Positions 26,330 through 36,996 of a DNA stretch of 64,000 nucleotides are shown piece after piece. The notes below the pieces were generated by a model. The model was not told the origin of the DNA and made no database searches. It saw only the letters and a list, made by a program, of their open reading frames with translations. The stretch is from the NCBI GenBank assembly GCA_024653215.1, contig JANLFU010000002.1, forward strand, positions 147,337-211,336, written 5' to 3'. The stretch comes from Candidatus Saccharicenans sp. (GTDB lineage: Bacteria; Acidobacteriota; Aminicenantia; Aminicenantales; Saccharicenantaceae). Numbering within the stretch: the stretch's first letter is position 1; the number at the start of each line of letters is the position of its first letter. Position numbers and translations under genes: made by a program.

Positions 26330-26353
26330 GGGGGACACCAGAGTGTGTCCCCC
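26330..26353. terminator. Single GGGGACAC/GTGTCCCC hairpin between convergent genes (probable bidirectional terminator)
   Basis: GGGGGACAC-CAGAGT-GTGTCCCCC lies 8 nt after the stop at 26322 and 26 nt from the convergent stop at 26379. Confidence 0.5.
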
Positions 26354-26378
26354 TTTATGTGGGTATTAAGTTTGTTTC

Positions 26379-28364
26379 CTATTTTTTCCAGAGCCGAACC
26401 AGGGCCACGCCGTGCGGGGGAACTTCGGTTTCGAACCCGCCGCTGAAAACGCCCAGGTCCTTCTGCCGCCAGAGGTCCCGCACCCGGTACGAGCCCGCAC
26501 CAAGCCCCATCGCCGCGAAATCAATCCTGACCTTCCTGAACTCATAGGCATCCAGGTTGAAGAGCCCGACAGCCCTGGAGCCATCTTCAAGCTGCCTGGC
26601 CCAGACCTGGTAGTCATCGCCGTCAAAGACCCGGTCAGCCTGCCTGCCGAGGGGGTCCTGGTCAACTTCCAGGACTTCCGTGTTGGTCAGAAGGCCAAGC
26701 GTAAAATCGTCCAACTGCTCGATCGGGCAGCCGATAAGAAGCGGCGCCGCCAGCAGGCACCACAGGCTGATGTGGGTGTACTGCTCATCCGGGGTCAGAC
26801 GGCTCGGCCGTAGCTCGGGCCCCCAGCCAACCTTGCCGACGACCAGCATATCGGGGTCATTCCAGTGGCCTGGCCCGGCATACTTAGCCAGCCCCGCCTG
26901 GCCGAAACCGATTCCGGCCATGCTGGCCCAGGTGTCGGTGATGTCGCCGGTTGTTCGCCACAGGTTCCCGCCAACGCTTTCGCCCCATTCCCAGGGCTTT
27001 TCCACGCCCCAGTTGCAGATGCTGAAGACGATATCGCGGGGAGCCCGGCTGATGGCCTCCCCGAACTTCTTGTAGGCAACCCTCGGGTCCTTGCCCTCGC
27101 AGTAACACCAGTCAATCTTGACGTAATCGAAGCCCCATTTGGCGTAGGTCATGATGTCCTGTTCCTCGTGGCCCTCGCTGCCTTCGTAGCCGGCGCAGGT
27201 TTTGGGCCCGCAGTCGGTGTAGAGCCCGATCTTGAGCCCCAGCCCGTGAACATAATCGGCCAGCGCCTTCATATCCGGAAATTTTTCGTTCGATCTTATC
27301 TCACCGGTTTTGGGGTCGCGCTGGCCGTGCCAGCAGTCGTCGATGTTGATATAGGTCCAGCCGTAGTTAATCAGCCCTTTCTCCACCATGGCCCGGGCGC
27401 TCTGTCGGACATTTTCATCGGTTACCGAGCAGGCCCAGCAATTCCAGCTATTCCAGCCCATCGGGGGAGTAAGGCAGATCTTATCGCCGACTTCGATTCG
27501 GAGTTCTCGTTCGGCCGTGCCCAGGCTGTTTCGAGCGATAAGCTTGACGTTATACGTGCCAGGTTTATCAATGGCTCCGGTGATATGGCCGGTGTTGGTG
27601 TCTAGCCGGAGTCCGCTCGGAAGACCCTCGGCTGCGAAGGTCATCGGTCTTTGGCCGGTGGCCGGTATGGTAAAGAGGAATGGAGAGCCGGGCCGCACCC
27701 CGAAAACCCTGGGACCGTTTATCCTTGGCTCGGGCCCTGTCGCGGGAGTCAGGATGTAGGGGGCGGCAGCGTAAGGCTTCACCGGTTCAGGTCTTTTGCC
27801 CGCATATTCTATCCTGGCCTGGCACCAGTCGGCATGGTCATAACCGATGCCGTCGCCGGCGTCGGTAACCACCAGGTCGAGCGATACGAAGCCCTTTAAG
27901 CTGACCTTGACTTCCCGGGCCGGTTCACCGGCCTTCATCAGGCCGCTTTTCCAGAGGACCTTCTTATTGTTGTTCTTGTCTCTGGCCGACACGATGAATT
28001 CTACCGAGGCTCGCTCGGCCCCGCGCTGGGTTTTCTTCACCTCGTCATCAACGCCGACCAGGGCCTGGAAATTCAAAGCCCGCCCATCAAGGTTCAGGCG
28101 GTACTGGCTTTCGGCGTGGGTGCCCAGGCCACGCTCATAAAGCTGGCCGGCTACAGTCAGGGGATTGCCGTCTATTGATTTATTGGCCTTGGATTCGCTC
28201 CAGCCGGCAGTGACTTGCTGCGCTCCTAGTTCATCCAGGTAAACGAGGCCGGCCGGCTTCTGTGAACAGCCGTAAGTTAGAAGGAGGAAAGAAAATCCAA
28301 ATAACAAGAATAATATTCCAATAAGAATCCTGCTCTGGTTGCGGTGATCAAGCAATTGATTCAT
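26379..28364 (-). CDS. Secreted lipoprotein: NPCBM domain + Ig-like domain + GH27 alpha-galactosidase/alpha-N-acetylgalactosaminidase
   Basis: Lipobox LLLTYGC. The NPCBM-like region reads AGWSESKANKSIDGNPLTVAGQLYERGLGTHA, and LPSGLRLDTNTGHITG is Ig-like. The GH27 core is PPMGWNSWNCW...YINIDDCW...DYVKIDWC. ATG 28364 follows GGAGAA. Confidence 0.8.
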   Translation of the reverse strand: MNQLLDHRNQSRILIGILFLLFGFSFLLLTYGCSQKPAGLVYLDELGAQQVTAGWSESKANKSIDGNPLTVAGQLYERGLGTHAESQYRLNLDGRALNFQALVGVDDEVKKTQRGAERASVEFIVSARDKNNNKKVLWKSGLMKAGEPAREVKVSLKGFVSLDLVVTDAGDGIGYDHADWCQARIEYAGKRPEPVKPYAAAPYILTPATGPEPRINGPRVFGVRPGSPFLFTIPATGQRPMTFAAEGLPSGLRLDTNTGHITGAIDKPGTYNVKLIARNSLGTAERELRIEVGDKICLTPPMGWNSWNCWACSVTDENVRQSARAMVEKGLINYGWTYINIDDCWHGQRDPKTGEIRSNEKFPDMKALADYVHGLGLKIGLYTDCGPKTCAGYEGSEGHEEQDIMTYAKWGFDYVKIDWCYCEGKDPRVAYKKFGEAISRAPRDIVFSICNWGVEKPWEWGESVGGNLWRTTGDITDTWASMAGIGFGQAGLAKYAGPGHWNDPDMLVVGKVGWGPELRPSRLTPDEQYTHISLWCLLAAPLLIGCPIEQLDDFTLGLLTNTEVLEVDQDPLGRQADRVFDGDDYQVWARQLEDGSRAVGLFNLDAYEFRKVRIDFAAMGLGAGSYRVRDLWRQKDLGVFSGGFETEVPPHGVALVRLWKK

Positions 28365-28633
28365 ACTCGTTCTCCTTTTTTTCAATTTTAACAAAAAGGG
28401 AGCTACAATTCATATCGCTTAACTTATTTGACCGTCGTCCAGGCAGGGAGGTGACGCCCTATCAAATAAAGGGAATACTAAATGTACATATCCAGGTTTC
28501 TTATGAACAATTGACAGATTAATTCTATCGGCCAGCAGACAGTTTTTACCCGGAGTGTAAAGCTGTAAGAGTGGCCACGGAAACCTTCCTTTACGCTGGC
28601 CAGGAAAAATAAAGTATGTAGCCTGTTCTCTTT

Positions 28634-31132
28634 TTACGGGCGGATGGAGAGCTGGATCTTGAAGACACCGCGCTCCTGGAGCGGCAGGAAACGGCTCATC
28701 GGGTCCCAGCTCTTCTCCCAGTTCTTGTTGTAAACCAGGTAGATGACGTTCCCCGGGCTGAGCTCCCAGCGAAAGCGGACGTTGATGGCCAGTTCCCTGG
28801 AAACATCGTCATATTGAATGTAGTTCATCAAGCCGAGCCGGGGCGAGAGGAAAAAGTCGGCCTTGACCTGGAAGACGTTCTCGCTGAACCGGCCCTGGGG
28901 GAGGTTGCCGCGGACCAGGTCGGCGTTGATGGCCAGCGTGGCGTAGCCCTTGAGCCGCAGGTTCAACTCGAGCTGGGTTTCGTGCAGCCGGCCCGAGTAG
29001 AACTGGCCAAACTGGTGTTCCAGGTCTATGCTCACCGGGCGGTGAGAAGCCGACCTGAACTCCAGGTTGAACTGGGTAAAATTGTAGCCGCCCGCCGGGA
29101 TGATGACCCCGTCAGCCACTTCAAAATCGTAGGGCAGCACGTCCCGCTTTGGGCTGATTGAAAACTCAAAATGCTCGCCGCTTTCGGTCTGGAAATCAAA
29201 TGGATTTACCTGGATTGTTCTGGTCTCCAGCCTACCAGCCAGGTCCCAGTAGAAATTAAACCGCAGCTCGTGGAAGAACTGCCGGACCGTTCGGCCGATA
29301 AATCCTTTTTCCGGCCGGGGCATGTAGGCCATTCCGAAGGAATAGGTCTGAACATTTTGCCTGGGCAGGAAGCCCAGCCCCGGGACGACCGAATCGCCGT
29401 AGTATGAGTATGATGTGACGATATCCCAGAGGTCGTTGGGATAATCTATCTTAAAGCCAAAGGCCCCGTGGCGCCCGACCTCAATGGTGTTCCAGTTATA
29501 GACATACCAGCCGCCGATGCTCAGGTTCCGGTTGCCCCGGAAACGCGAGGTCTGGTAAATCAGGTCGACCCCGGCCAGGAGGTTCCTTTCACCGGTCGGG
29601 CTGCCCGAGGTGAAGATGAGCCCGACCTTGCTCTCGGCCAGAATGTTCTGGTAGATGCGCCCGGCAAAGAAATTCTGCCGGCTCAGTCCGAGGTCCTGGA
29701 AACGGTCGGTCATGACGTCGATGAAGGCCAGGTTGGTATTGCCAAGTCGGCCGAAAGCCTTGGCCCCGAAGAGAAGCGGAACCTGCTGGCCCTGGTAAAG
29801 CCCGATCCGCCGGCTGAAAAATGGGGAAAAGCTCTCGGTGGAGGTGGTGCCGAACCTGTAGATTTCCGAGCCTTCGAGGAAGAAGGTTCTTTTTTCCGGG
29901 AAGTAAAGCGGGAAGCGGGTGAGGTTGATGCGCCGTTCGTCCACCTCGGTTTCGGCAAAGTCGGTGTTGTAGCTAAGGGCGCCGACAAAGTTGGGCGTGA
30001 AATTCTTGTAGAGGTCAAAGCCGCCATCCCACTGGTAGTCGGTGCTGGCGGGGTCGGTATGAGTTTTAAGCACCCTTGAGGTCCCGTAAGGGCGGAAGGT
30101 TATGCCCAGCCCGAGCTTGAGGTCGCGAATGCCCTCAAGGTGGGCAGCCTCGGCCGCGTTGTTGAAGAAGTTATCCTGCCTGACCGCAGCCAGCCGGATG
30201 GTCTCCTGCTTTCGCGGGATGTACCTTTCCACGTTGAGGCCCCAGTGGGGGAGGTTGGGCTTGAAAGAAATTGTTTTGAAAGGGATCTTGATTTCGGTGC
30301 TCCAGCCGTCCGGGCGGACCCGGCTGCGGGCGTCCCAGATGCCGTCCCAGTCGAGGCTGGAATGCTCGCCAAAGGCCAGTCCTTCGCTCCGGGCCCCGCA
30401 GGCGTTAACTATGAAGATGAAGGCGTTGCGCTTATCGAGGAAGGGGTCAAGCAGGATCTTGATTATGTCATCGCCACTTTCTTCGTCTTCGAAGGCGTCG
30501 TGGGCCATGGTGTTGGCGCAGACCCTGGCCGGCTGGCTGTCGGAGCAGAAGATGCCGAGGTAGAGGTTGGAGTCATCGTAGACGATGCGAAGCTCGGTGG
30601 CCTCGGTCGGCTCGCCTTCTCGCGGAAAGACCATGCGGAAGGCTGTAAAGGGAACAGCCTGTTTCCAGGCTTCATCGTCCAGGTTGCCGTCAAGGGTGGG
30701 CCCGCGGTCGACCCTGACTGCCTGGAGGGTGGGGACTGATGGCTGCGACTGGGGCTGGTCCTGGGCCTGGGCTTGAGGCTGAGTCTGACTTGGAGACTGG
30801 GATTCAGGTTGAATTAGACCTGCGATGAGGGCCTGTGGGCTGGGGTTGGGCTGAGACGAGCGGGAGTCCTGGGGTTGAGACTGGGCCTGAAGTTGTGAGC
30901 CAGGCTGAGGCAGTCGAAGGTCCTGGAGCTGAAACTGGGTCCAGAGCGGAGGGCGAACGCTGGATTCAGAGCGAGATTCCCGGGCCATGGTTGGTTCGGA
31001 AAATAGAATTAAAGCAAAGAGCAACGGGAGTATCGATAAAGCAGGGAGAACAAAAAATGTGGGTAGGCTCGAGAGCGGTCTGTTTAAGGATCTGGGCTTT
31101 AGGAAATTTGCTGGAGTTTTTAGGGTTTTCAT
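28634..31132 (-). CDS. DUF5916/CBM9-like outer-membrane protein, paralog 1
   Basis: A signal peptide is followed by a Q/S/P-rich low-complexity linker. The CBM9/DOMON-like module reads DGNLDDEAWKQAVPFTAF...YDDSNLYLGIFC. A long beta-rich C-terminal region ends with an aromatic-rich tail. Confidence 0.6.
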   Translation of the reverse strand: MKTLKTPANFLKPRSLNRPLSSLPTFFVLPALSILPLLFALILFSEPTMARESRSESSVRPPLWTQFQLQDLRLPQPGSQLQAQSQPQDSRSSQPNPSPQALIAGLIQPESQSPSQTQPQAQAQDQPQSQPSVPTLQAVRVDRGPTLDGNLDDEAWKQAVPFTAFRMVFPREGEPTEATELRIVYDDSNLYLGIFCSDSQPARVCANTMAHDAFEDEESGDDIIKILLDPFLDKRNAFIFIVNACGARSEGLAFGEHSSLDWDGIWDARSRVRPDGWSTEIKIPFKTISFKPNLPHWGLNVERYIPRKQETIRLAAVRQDNFFNNAAEAAHLEGIRDLKLGLGITFRPYGTSRVLKTHTDPASTDYQWDGGFDLYKNFTPNFVGALSYNTDFAETEVDERRINLTRFPLYFPEKRTFFLEGSEIYRFGTTSTESFSPFFSRRIGLYQGQQVPLLFGAKAFGRLGNTNLAFIDVMTDRFQDLGLSRQNFFAGRIYQNILAESKVGLIFTSGSPTGERNLLAGVDLIYQTSRFRGNRNLSIGGWYVYNWNTIEVGRHGAFGFKIDYPNDLWDIVTSYSYYGDSVVPGLGFLPRQNVQTYSFGMAYMPRPEKGFIGRTVRQFFHELRFNFYWDLAGRLETRTIQVNPFDFQTESGEHFEFSISPKRDVLPYDFEVADGVIIPAGGYNFTQFNLEFRSASHRPVSIDLEHQFGQFYSGRLHETQLELNLRLKGYATLAINADLVRGNLPQGRFSENVFQVKADFFLSPRLGLMNYIQYDDVSRELAINVRFRWELSPGNVIYLVYNKNWEKSWDPMSRFLPLQERGVFKIQLSIRP

Positions 31133-31392
31133 GTCTCTAACCTCAAGTCACTTCAGGCAAACTGGTTTCGCATGGTCCTTTAAGGAGCTTTTTCTGGGAA
31201 TATACCGAAGCTAATGGAGGCAGCGGCCTGGACAAAAATCGATGGGGCAATTGGCTGGTAAGCTTGGATACTTCAAGTCTAACAGGTCTGATCTGAATCA
31301 TGTTAACCCGAGCAATATAAATCACCCTTGGAAATTATGTCAAGGATGAGGAAATAACCTGGTATATACGCGGACCAAAAGAAGGGAAAAAA

Positions 31393-31417
31393 GGGGGGAT
31401 ACACTCTCGTGTCCCCC
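31393..31417. repeat. Single-hairpin repeat (CTCTC-loop sub-family)
   Basis: GGGGGGATACACTCTCGTGTCCCCC lies 7 nt beyond the stop of the minus-strand gene ending at 31424. Confidence 0.6.
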
Positions 31418-31423
31418 TTATTG

Positions 31424-31930
31424 TTATTTCTTAAAGAAATTGTCCCAGGTTTCGGTGAATCGCGACCTCTGATTTGATTCTGTGTTGACCAGCTCTATCT
31501 GGATGCCATCCCTGGTCATTATAAGGTTTATTTCCAGGTCTGGCGTTCCAATTGGCGTAGAAAGCTCTTTGTAGTCGAAACCATTAATGAAAGTGCTAAC
31601 CGGAACCTCGTAAGCCTCGGCTATCGCCATTATAAGGGTAGATATGAACACCTGGGTCGTAATGGCCACAAAATTATCTCTGCTTATGACACCGGTGGCC
31701 GGGGCCTCGCTCTTGAGCTTGAGCTGGAACTGTGCCGATTCATGGTCTGGAACCTCAATCTTAACCAACCCCACTTCCTCATATACCATCTTTCCGCCCT
31801 TTATGGCCACCGCATCTCTGACCAGCAAATCGCGCCATTCCTGAGCAGGTAATCGAATGGCTATAAGAAGCAAGAGGGCTATTCCAGCAAAGCATAGCTT
31901 CATTTTAATTTTTCCCTGGGAATACACCAT
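31424..31930 (-). CDS. Small secreted hypothetical protein
   Basis: An AGGGAGGTG Shine-Dalgarno precedes ATG 31930. The signal peptide is KLCFAGIALLLLIAIRLPAQ. Confidence 0.45.
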   Translation of the reverse strand: MVYSQGKIKMKLCFAGIALLLLIAIRLPAQEWRDLLVRDAVAIKGGKMVYEEVGLVKIEVPDHESAQFQLKLKSEAPATGVISRDNFVAITTQVFISTLIMAIAEAYEVPVSTFINGFDYKELSTPIGTPDLEINLIMTRDGIQIELVNTESNQRSRFTETWDNFFKK

Positions 31931-32250
31931 AGACACCTCCCTTTGCAAAAATTATTTATTAGTCCCTCTTCCGCCGATATGAATAAATTATTGGTGTTAA
32001 TTTGTCAAGGTATTAACGAGAAGGGGGATAGGCCGTTGTGTCCGCTTTATCTTGACATTGTAATTTTTTGGTCTATTCTGAAACTTCGAGGAAAATAGAG
32101 CGTTTATTTAAGATAAAAAGTTCTCTGAATTGATAAATCAATTACAAAAGCGCTGCCACTGAGAAAGAGAAGTTCCAGAGAGAATCCATTTACTGGCAAA
32201 ACAACCGAGGGAAACTTCGGGTAGTAGGTGGCAGGGCCATCCAATCGAAA

Positions 32251-33525
32251 ATGAGAATAAATCTAAAAGCGATGAGGCGCGTCATGCTGATTAGAAGAAA
32301 GGAAATGGCAATCCTCTTAGCTCTTGCCGTCGGGCTTGCGGGTGTCGGCCAGATGCCGGCTCAGGGCCTGCACAGGGGATCGGAAGGAGCAAAGGGTTCA
32401 GCCGTGGCCAGGATTGGGATGGAGATGAATGCGGTCCCTGAACTATTGGAAACAGCAGACCCAATCGTTTCAGGAAATTTAATTCCGGTCCATCGGTCCA
32501 GGCCATCTTCCCTGTATATGCAGGCTCAGTTCTGTCCCCTTTATATGGAAGAATCAAACCTGGAGATGGTTGCTGGCGACGTCCAGATGGATAACGTTCA
32601 AGTCATAGAACAGCAGGGAATTCAGGTGGAATTAATAGAGCTGAAAAGAGGAGAATCCGCGGCCCAAAAGCTGGTAGACATGTCTCCAGGAATACAGGAA
32701 GATACAGAACAATACTCGCCCTCAGCCGATAAGAAAAAGAACTTCATCGACTGGCTTGACCCCTGGAAGAAAACCCTGGAATTGAGCTACGTGGTCACCG
32801 GCGGAAACACGCTCTCATCGTCGTTTAGCTTCGGAGCCAACCTGACCCGTTCACCCAACGAAAAAGATACCTATACCATGAAGACTTTCCTGCTGCGGAG
32901 CCATTCCACGACCATAAGCAGGCGGGCAGTTGGCACGGAGGAAAATTTCACCGTGGAGGAGGAAAGAACACGCCGCCTGTCAGCCGAGAATTACCTGCTC
33001 TCCGGGCAGTATGACCACCGGGTGAGCGGGCGCCTGACCACCAACCTGGCCTTAGTCTGGGACAGGAACAAGTTTTCTGGCGTGCTCAGCCGGGCGCTGT
33101 GGACGGCCGGCGCCGGGTTGGTGATGGCCGATTCGGCCCGGACCAAGATGCGGACCCAGGCCGGGTTGAGCTTCACCATCAGGAAGTACAGCCAGCAACC
33201 GGTGAATACCTTTCTCGGGTTCAGGTACAGCCTGAGCTGGGAGCAGAAGCTATTTGATAACGCCTCCTTTGCCACGGCCTTTATTTTTGACGACAACCTG
33301 GCTCACCTCAGTGACTGGCGGTACGAGTGGAATTTCAACGTGGCCGCCCCGCTCAACAAGAAGCTGTCGCTGAAGACCGGGGTGAGAATCCTGAGGAATA
33401 ACCGGCCGCCGGACCTGAGCGTTCCGCTATTCACTACGGAAGGGACGGAGACCGGCACCACCGTGCTGATACCACGGGGCAAGGTCGATACTTTCTTTAC
33501 CACCTCCCTTGTCCTCAATTTTTAA
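32251..33525 (+). CDS. Outer-membrane beta-barrel protein, DUF481-like
   Basis: Signal peptide present. It has an alternating beta-strand pattern, LSYVVTGGNTLSSSFSFGANL (the GNT motif typical of DUF481) and a C-terminal ...SLVLNF. Confidence 0.4.
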   Translation: MRINLKAMRRVMLIRRKEMAILLALAVGLAGVGQMPAQGLHRGSEGAKGSAVARIGMEMNAVPELLETADPIVSGNLIPVHRSRPSSLYMQAQFCPLYMEESNLEMVAGDVQMDNVQVIEQQGIQVELIELKRGESAAQKLVDMSPGIQEDTEQYSPSADKKKNFIDWLDPWKKTLELSYVVTGGNTLSSSFSFGANLTRSPNEKDTYTMKTFLLRSHSTTISRRAVGTEENFTVEEERTRRLSAENYLLSGQYDHRVSGRLTTNLALVWDRNKFSGVLSRALWTAGAGLVMADSARTKMRTQAGLSFTIRKYSQQPVNTFLGFRYSLSWEQKLFDNASFATAFIFDDNLAHLSDWRYEWNFNVAAPLNKKLSLKTGVRILRNNRPPDLSVPLFTTEGTETGTTVLIPRGKVDTFFTTSLVLNF

Positions 33526-33743
33526 ATATGGGGACAGATCAGATCAGTTAAAAAAAGGGGGACATGATACTCGTTTACCATTTTCTTGCCATGCTTAAAC
33601 CAGGCAGAAGTTCCCGACCCATTCCTCTATTTTGTTAAGGGCATAAAGAGTTTGGGATGGGATTTTAATTTCCTTTTTTCATTATGGTGTTATGTGTCAT
33701 AATTGACGTACCTGTTGCACCAGGTAAGTCAAGATATTTACGG

Positions 33744-34115
33744 ATGATTGCAGTCATGAAAGAATATCGGGCAGTTGTCATCAAGGACCATCGGCCAGAA
33801 TTTTCAGAGTTTATTGAAGCCATTGCCGGAGACGAGATAGAGGTGGGAAGAGAGTACGACAAGAATCCAGATTGGAAGAACTGGGTATGGGGCAGGCACC
33901 TTCGGACGGGCGTTTCCAGCTGGATTCCCAGGCAGCTGCTTACCTTATGTTCGAGTAAGAAGGCAGTCTTTAATTCGGCCTATTCTTCTAAGGAACTCAG
34001 GGCCGATAAAAAGGAGGAAGTTAAGGTTATAAGGGAGTTAAATGGGTGGGCCTGGTGCGTGAACAAAGACAAGGAGGAAGGCTGGATACCCCTGGAAAAC
34101 CTTGAAAGATTATAA
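33744..34115 (+). CDS. SH3-domain protein (two SH3-like modules)
   Basis: GDEIEVGREYDKNPDWKNWVWGR...WIPRQLL and EEVKVIRELNGWAWCVNKDKEEGWIPLENL. The start is uncertain (33684, 33744 or 33756). Confidence 0.45.
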   Translation: MIAVMKEYRAVVIKDHRPEFSEFIEAIAGDEIEVGREYDKNPDWKNWVWGRHLRTGVSSWIPRQLLTLCSSKKAVFNSAYSSKELRADKKEEVKVIRELNGWAWCVNKDKEEGWIPLENLERL

Positions 34116-34204
34116 ATAAACCCGGGCCGAAAGATAGAAATTTGGAGGTCATAGATCACCTTCAATTTATTTATTAGTGGGCTCAAGCAGGTATTGAGTA
34201 AAAA

Positions 34205-34228
34205 GGGGACGTGAGAGCGTGTCCCCCC
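34205..34228. repeat. Single-hairpin repeat (CTCTC/GAGAG-loop sub-family)
   Basis: GGGGACGTGAGAGCGTGTCCCCCC. Confidence 0.6.
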
Positions 34229-34274
34229 TTTGTTTCGTTCTTCACCACCTCGTTTGTCATCAACTTTTAATAAA

Positions 34275-34297
34275 GGGGGAAGCTCTCTCGTGTCCCC
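34275..34297. repeat. Single-hairpin repeat, degenerate
   Basis: GGGGGAAGCTCTCTCGTGTCCCC. A further half-site, GTGTCCCCC, lies at 34321-34329. Confidence 0.5.
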
Positions 34298-34397
34298 ACT
34301 TTCTTTGGAGAATGTGTATTGTGTCCCCCGTTTCTGGTAACATTTTATGAATAATTGGAGTTTATGCAGGTAGATCAAAAATGGAGAGGAGTGCAAA

Positions 34398-35630
34398 ATG
34401 AAGAGCAGTCATTTAAGCAAGATTGGCAGGATTATAATTCTCACGACTATTGCGGTGGCAGGGCTGCTGAGCGCGGCGAGGGAGCTTCCGGCCCAGAAGG
34501 TCGAGGTGGTGGACGGCGTGCGCCTGGTCCATAACAAAGGGAAGGGTGCCTGGGGCAAGAAGCCGGCCATCACCCTCGAGCCGGTCAGAAAGCTCGGCGA
34601 CATAGATTCGACCGACCCCAACACCGCCTTTTACATGCCGGCGGCAGTGGCCCTGGATTCAGCCGGGAACATCTACGTCCTTGATACCGGAAATAACCGC
34701 ATCCAGAAGTTCACCCGGGACGGCAAGTACCTGGCCACCATTGGTCGTTTCGGCCAGGGCCCGGGCGAGTTCAACTACCCGGCCTGGCTCGACCTCGACA
34801 AGACCGGCAATCTTTATGTGACTGACCCGTTTAACGAACGTGTCCAGGTCCTTAAACCGGACGGCTCGGACCTCCGGACCATAAAATTCAGCGACGGCCG
34901 GATCGGAAATGTCTTCGTCAGGAACGATGGCAAGCTGCTCATGGGCCAGGCCACGATTTCCTTCCGTTTCCTTACCCCTGACGAAAAGAAGCCGGCCGGC
35001 CTGCCGAAACTGGTCAAAGTGCTTGATGCCGAAGGCAAGCTCCTCAGCGAGTTCGGTGATATGCTGGACATGAAGGAAGAGCTTCTCACCAATACCATCA
35101 ACCAGTTCGTGCTCACCGTTGATGAAAAAGACAACGTCTACCTGGCCTTTCCTTACCAGAACCGCATTGAAAAATATTCGCCCGACGGAAAACTGCTCTG
35201 GCGGGCTGACCGCGAGCTGCCTTACAGCCTGGAGGTGATTGACCGGGGAAGCATCGACCGCCGTGAAGGGGGCGTCAGCATCCGCTCGCCCAGGATAAAC
35301 CGCTCGTCCGAGGCCATCGCCGTTGATGGCAAGGGGCGGGTCTGGGTGGTGACGCTGGCGCGCCAGCTTAAGAAAGAAGAACAGGTAGGAATCGGGGTAA
35401 CCATCAGCCAGTCGCCGAGCGGCCGGCAGGTCGGGTTCAAGCCCCAGGGAGACACCGAGCTCAGGGAGACCGACGCCTACAAGCTGGAGGTGTTCGATCC
35501 GGAAGGTGTGCTCCTGGGTGAAATCTCGCTTAAACAATTCGTGGACGGGATTTTCATCTACGGCGACCGCCTCTTCCTGGTGGACCGGCTGCGCGGGGCT
35601 TCCATCCAGGAATTCCGCATAAAAGAATAA
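34398..35630 (+). CDS. NHL-repeat beta-propeller protein (secreted)
   Basis: Signal peptide present. Repeated NHL units include GNIYVLDTGNNRIQKFTRDGKY and GNLYVTDPFNERVQVLKPDG. Confidence 0.75.
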   Translation: MKSSHLSKIGRIIILTTIAVAGLLSAARELPAQKVEVVDGVRLVHNKGKGAWGKKPAITLEPVRKLGDIDSTDPNTAFYMPAAVALDSAGNIYVLDTGNNRIQKFTRDGKYLATIGRFGQGPGEFNYPAWLDLDKTGNLYVTDPFNERVQVLKPDGSDLRTIKFSDGRIGNVFVRNDGKLLMGQATISFRFLTPDEKKPAGLPKLVKVLDAEGKLLSEFGDMLDMKEELLTNTINQFVLTVDEKDNVYLAFPYQNRIEKYSPDGKLLWRADRELPYSLEVIDRGSIDRREGGVSIRSPRINRSSEAIAVDGKGRVWVVTLARQLKKEEQVGIGVTISQSPSGRQVGFKPQGDTELRETDAYKLEVFDPEGVLLGEISLKQFVDGIFIYGDRLFLVDRLRGASIQEFRIKE

Positions 35631-35633
35631 AAT

Positions 35634-35667
35634 GGGGGACACACTCTCGTGTCCCCGCTTTTTATTT
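35634..35667 (+). terminator. Intrinsic terminator built from a single-hairpin repeat
   Basis: GGGGGACAC-ACTCTC-GTGTCCCC is followed by GCTTTTTATTT, starting 4 nt after the stop at 35630. Confidence 0.65.
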
Positions 35668-35840
35668 ACATTTTTTTATTGCCGGGTCAAAGATTGCCGC
35701 TCACGTCCTTTCGGTTAGAAATAATTTATGGCGAGATGGTGACGAGGAATTAACCGAAGAATTCTGAAGAGCCGGTCGTAGAAGTTATCTCCGGGCAAGC
35801 ATGCAGGCCGCGGTCTTATTAGCCCGGATTCTATTGATAT

Positions 35841-36425
35841 CTATGAGGGCATAGGCGGGGTGTCTTCCTGTTTTACCCAGCGGAAGAGCAGGCCTGAGAT
35901 AGCCCAGAGCATGGCAAAAAAGCCGTTTATACCAATTATTTCAGTGAGTGAGCTTTCAGCCAGGTGCTGCCATCCGGCCAGCAGGGCGATGACAATGGTC
36001 AGGACCTGGACTCCGGCCGTAACCCACATGGCCACGGCCAGGCCCCGCGGCTGAAACCGGCTGATGACGGACCCGATGAAAGCCACGGCCAGCACCCCGA
36101 AGTACATCAGGTTGGCCGGCTCGTCCTCGCTACCGATGAGGCCCACGGCCAGGTTGGTCCAGAAAAGGAGAAGGCCCGTGGCCGCAGCCAGGGCCACGGC
36201 CAGGCGGTAAAGAGCTTCCTGCCTCTTGTGGGTTATCAACACGTAGGCCAGGCCGGTGCCGAAGAACATGATGGCCACCATGGCAAAATCCAGGGCCGTC
36301 CATTCCGGGCTGCCGATAAGGCTCTTGAGCACGAAAGCCAGAAGCAACAGGGCCGCGGTCACCCCGGCTACGACCAGGATTTTCCTCCACAATCTGCCTT
36401 CCGCTTTTTTTACATCATCAGTCAT
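35841..36425 (-). CDS. Hypothetical integral membrane protein (about 6 TM)
   Basis: 194 aa, hydrophobic throughout. No family recognised. Confidence 0.5.
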   Translation of the reverse strand: MTDDVKKAEGRLWRKILVVAGVTAALLLLAFVLKSLIGSPEWTALDFAMVAIMFFGTGLAYVLITHKRQEALYRLAVALAAATGLLLFWTNLAVGLIGSEDEPANLMYFGVLAVAFIGSVISRFQPRGLAVAMWVTAGVQVLTIVIALLAGWQHLAESSLTEIIGINGFFAMLWAISGLLFRWVKQEDTPPMPS

Positions 36426-36996
36426 CTCGTCTGCTCCTTAATCTGGCGGGCTCGTCGTTTTGAGTCGCCCAACCTGCTTACTTGATATTAAATATTAAAT
36501 ATGCAGTGAACCGGTCATGTCAATTCTGGGAGGCAGTGAAAAATTCGGGATAGGCAAGGTCCTCATGTTGATTTTGCTGAAAGATATCAACCACGTTAGC
36601 GTAATTTTTGCACGGTCATTTCGCGGAACCGATCCCGGTTAAGACGGCCATGGATAGAGTGGAGGTCCTAACTTACCCGGTAAGACCGCTGGGAATTAGG
36701 TATCAATAAGTGCCCTTAGATAATGTAGGAATTATAAAAAATGATGATTGGTTAACGGCCTTCTTTGATTAAGATGAATTTCTTTTTTTATTTTATGGCC
36801 TGATTCCTTTAATAATGAAAAGAATGACGAGGGTTTTAGTCAGGAAAATAAGTTCTGGCAGGAGAAAAATGAGGAGACACTCTATCGGTTATCTTTATTC
36901 TATTTTATTCTTGCGCCAGAATTATTATAATGTCCGGTAACCTGGTGATAGAAAGCCTTAAGGCATAAATGACAGAGGCAAATCTAATTCGAAACC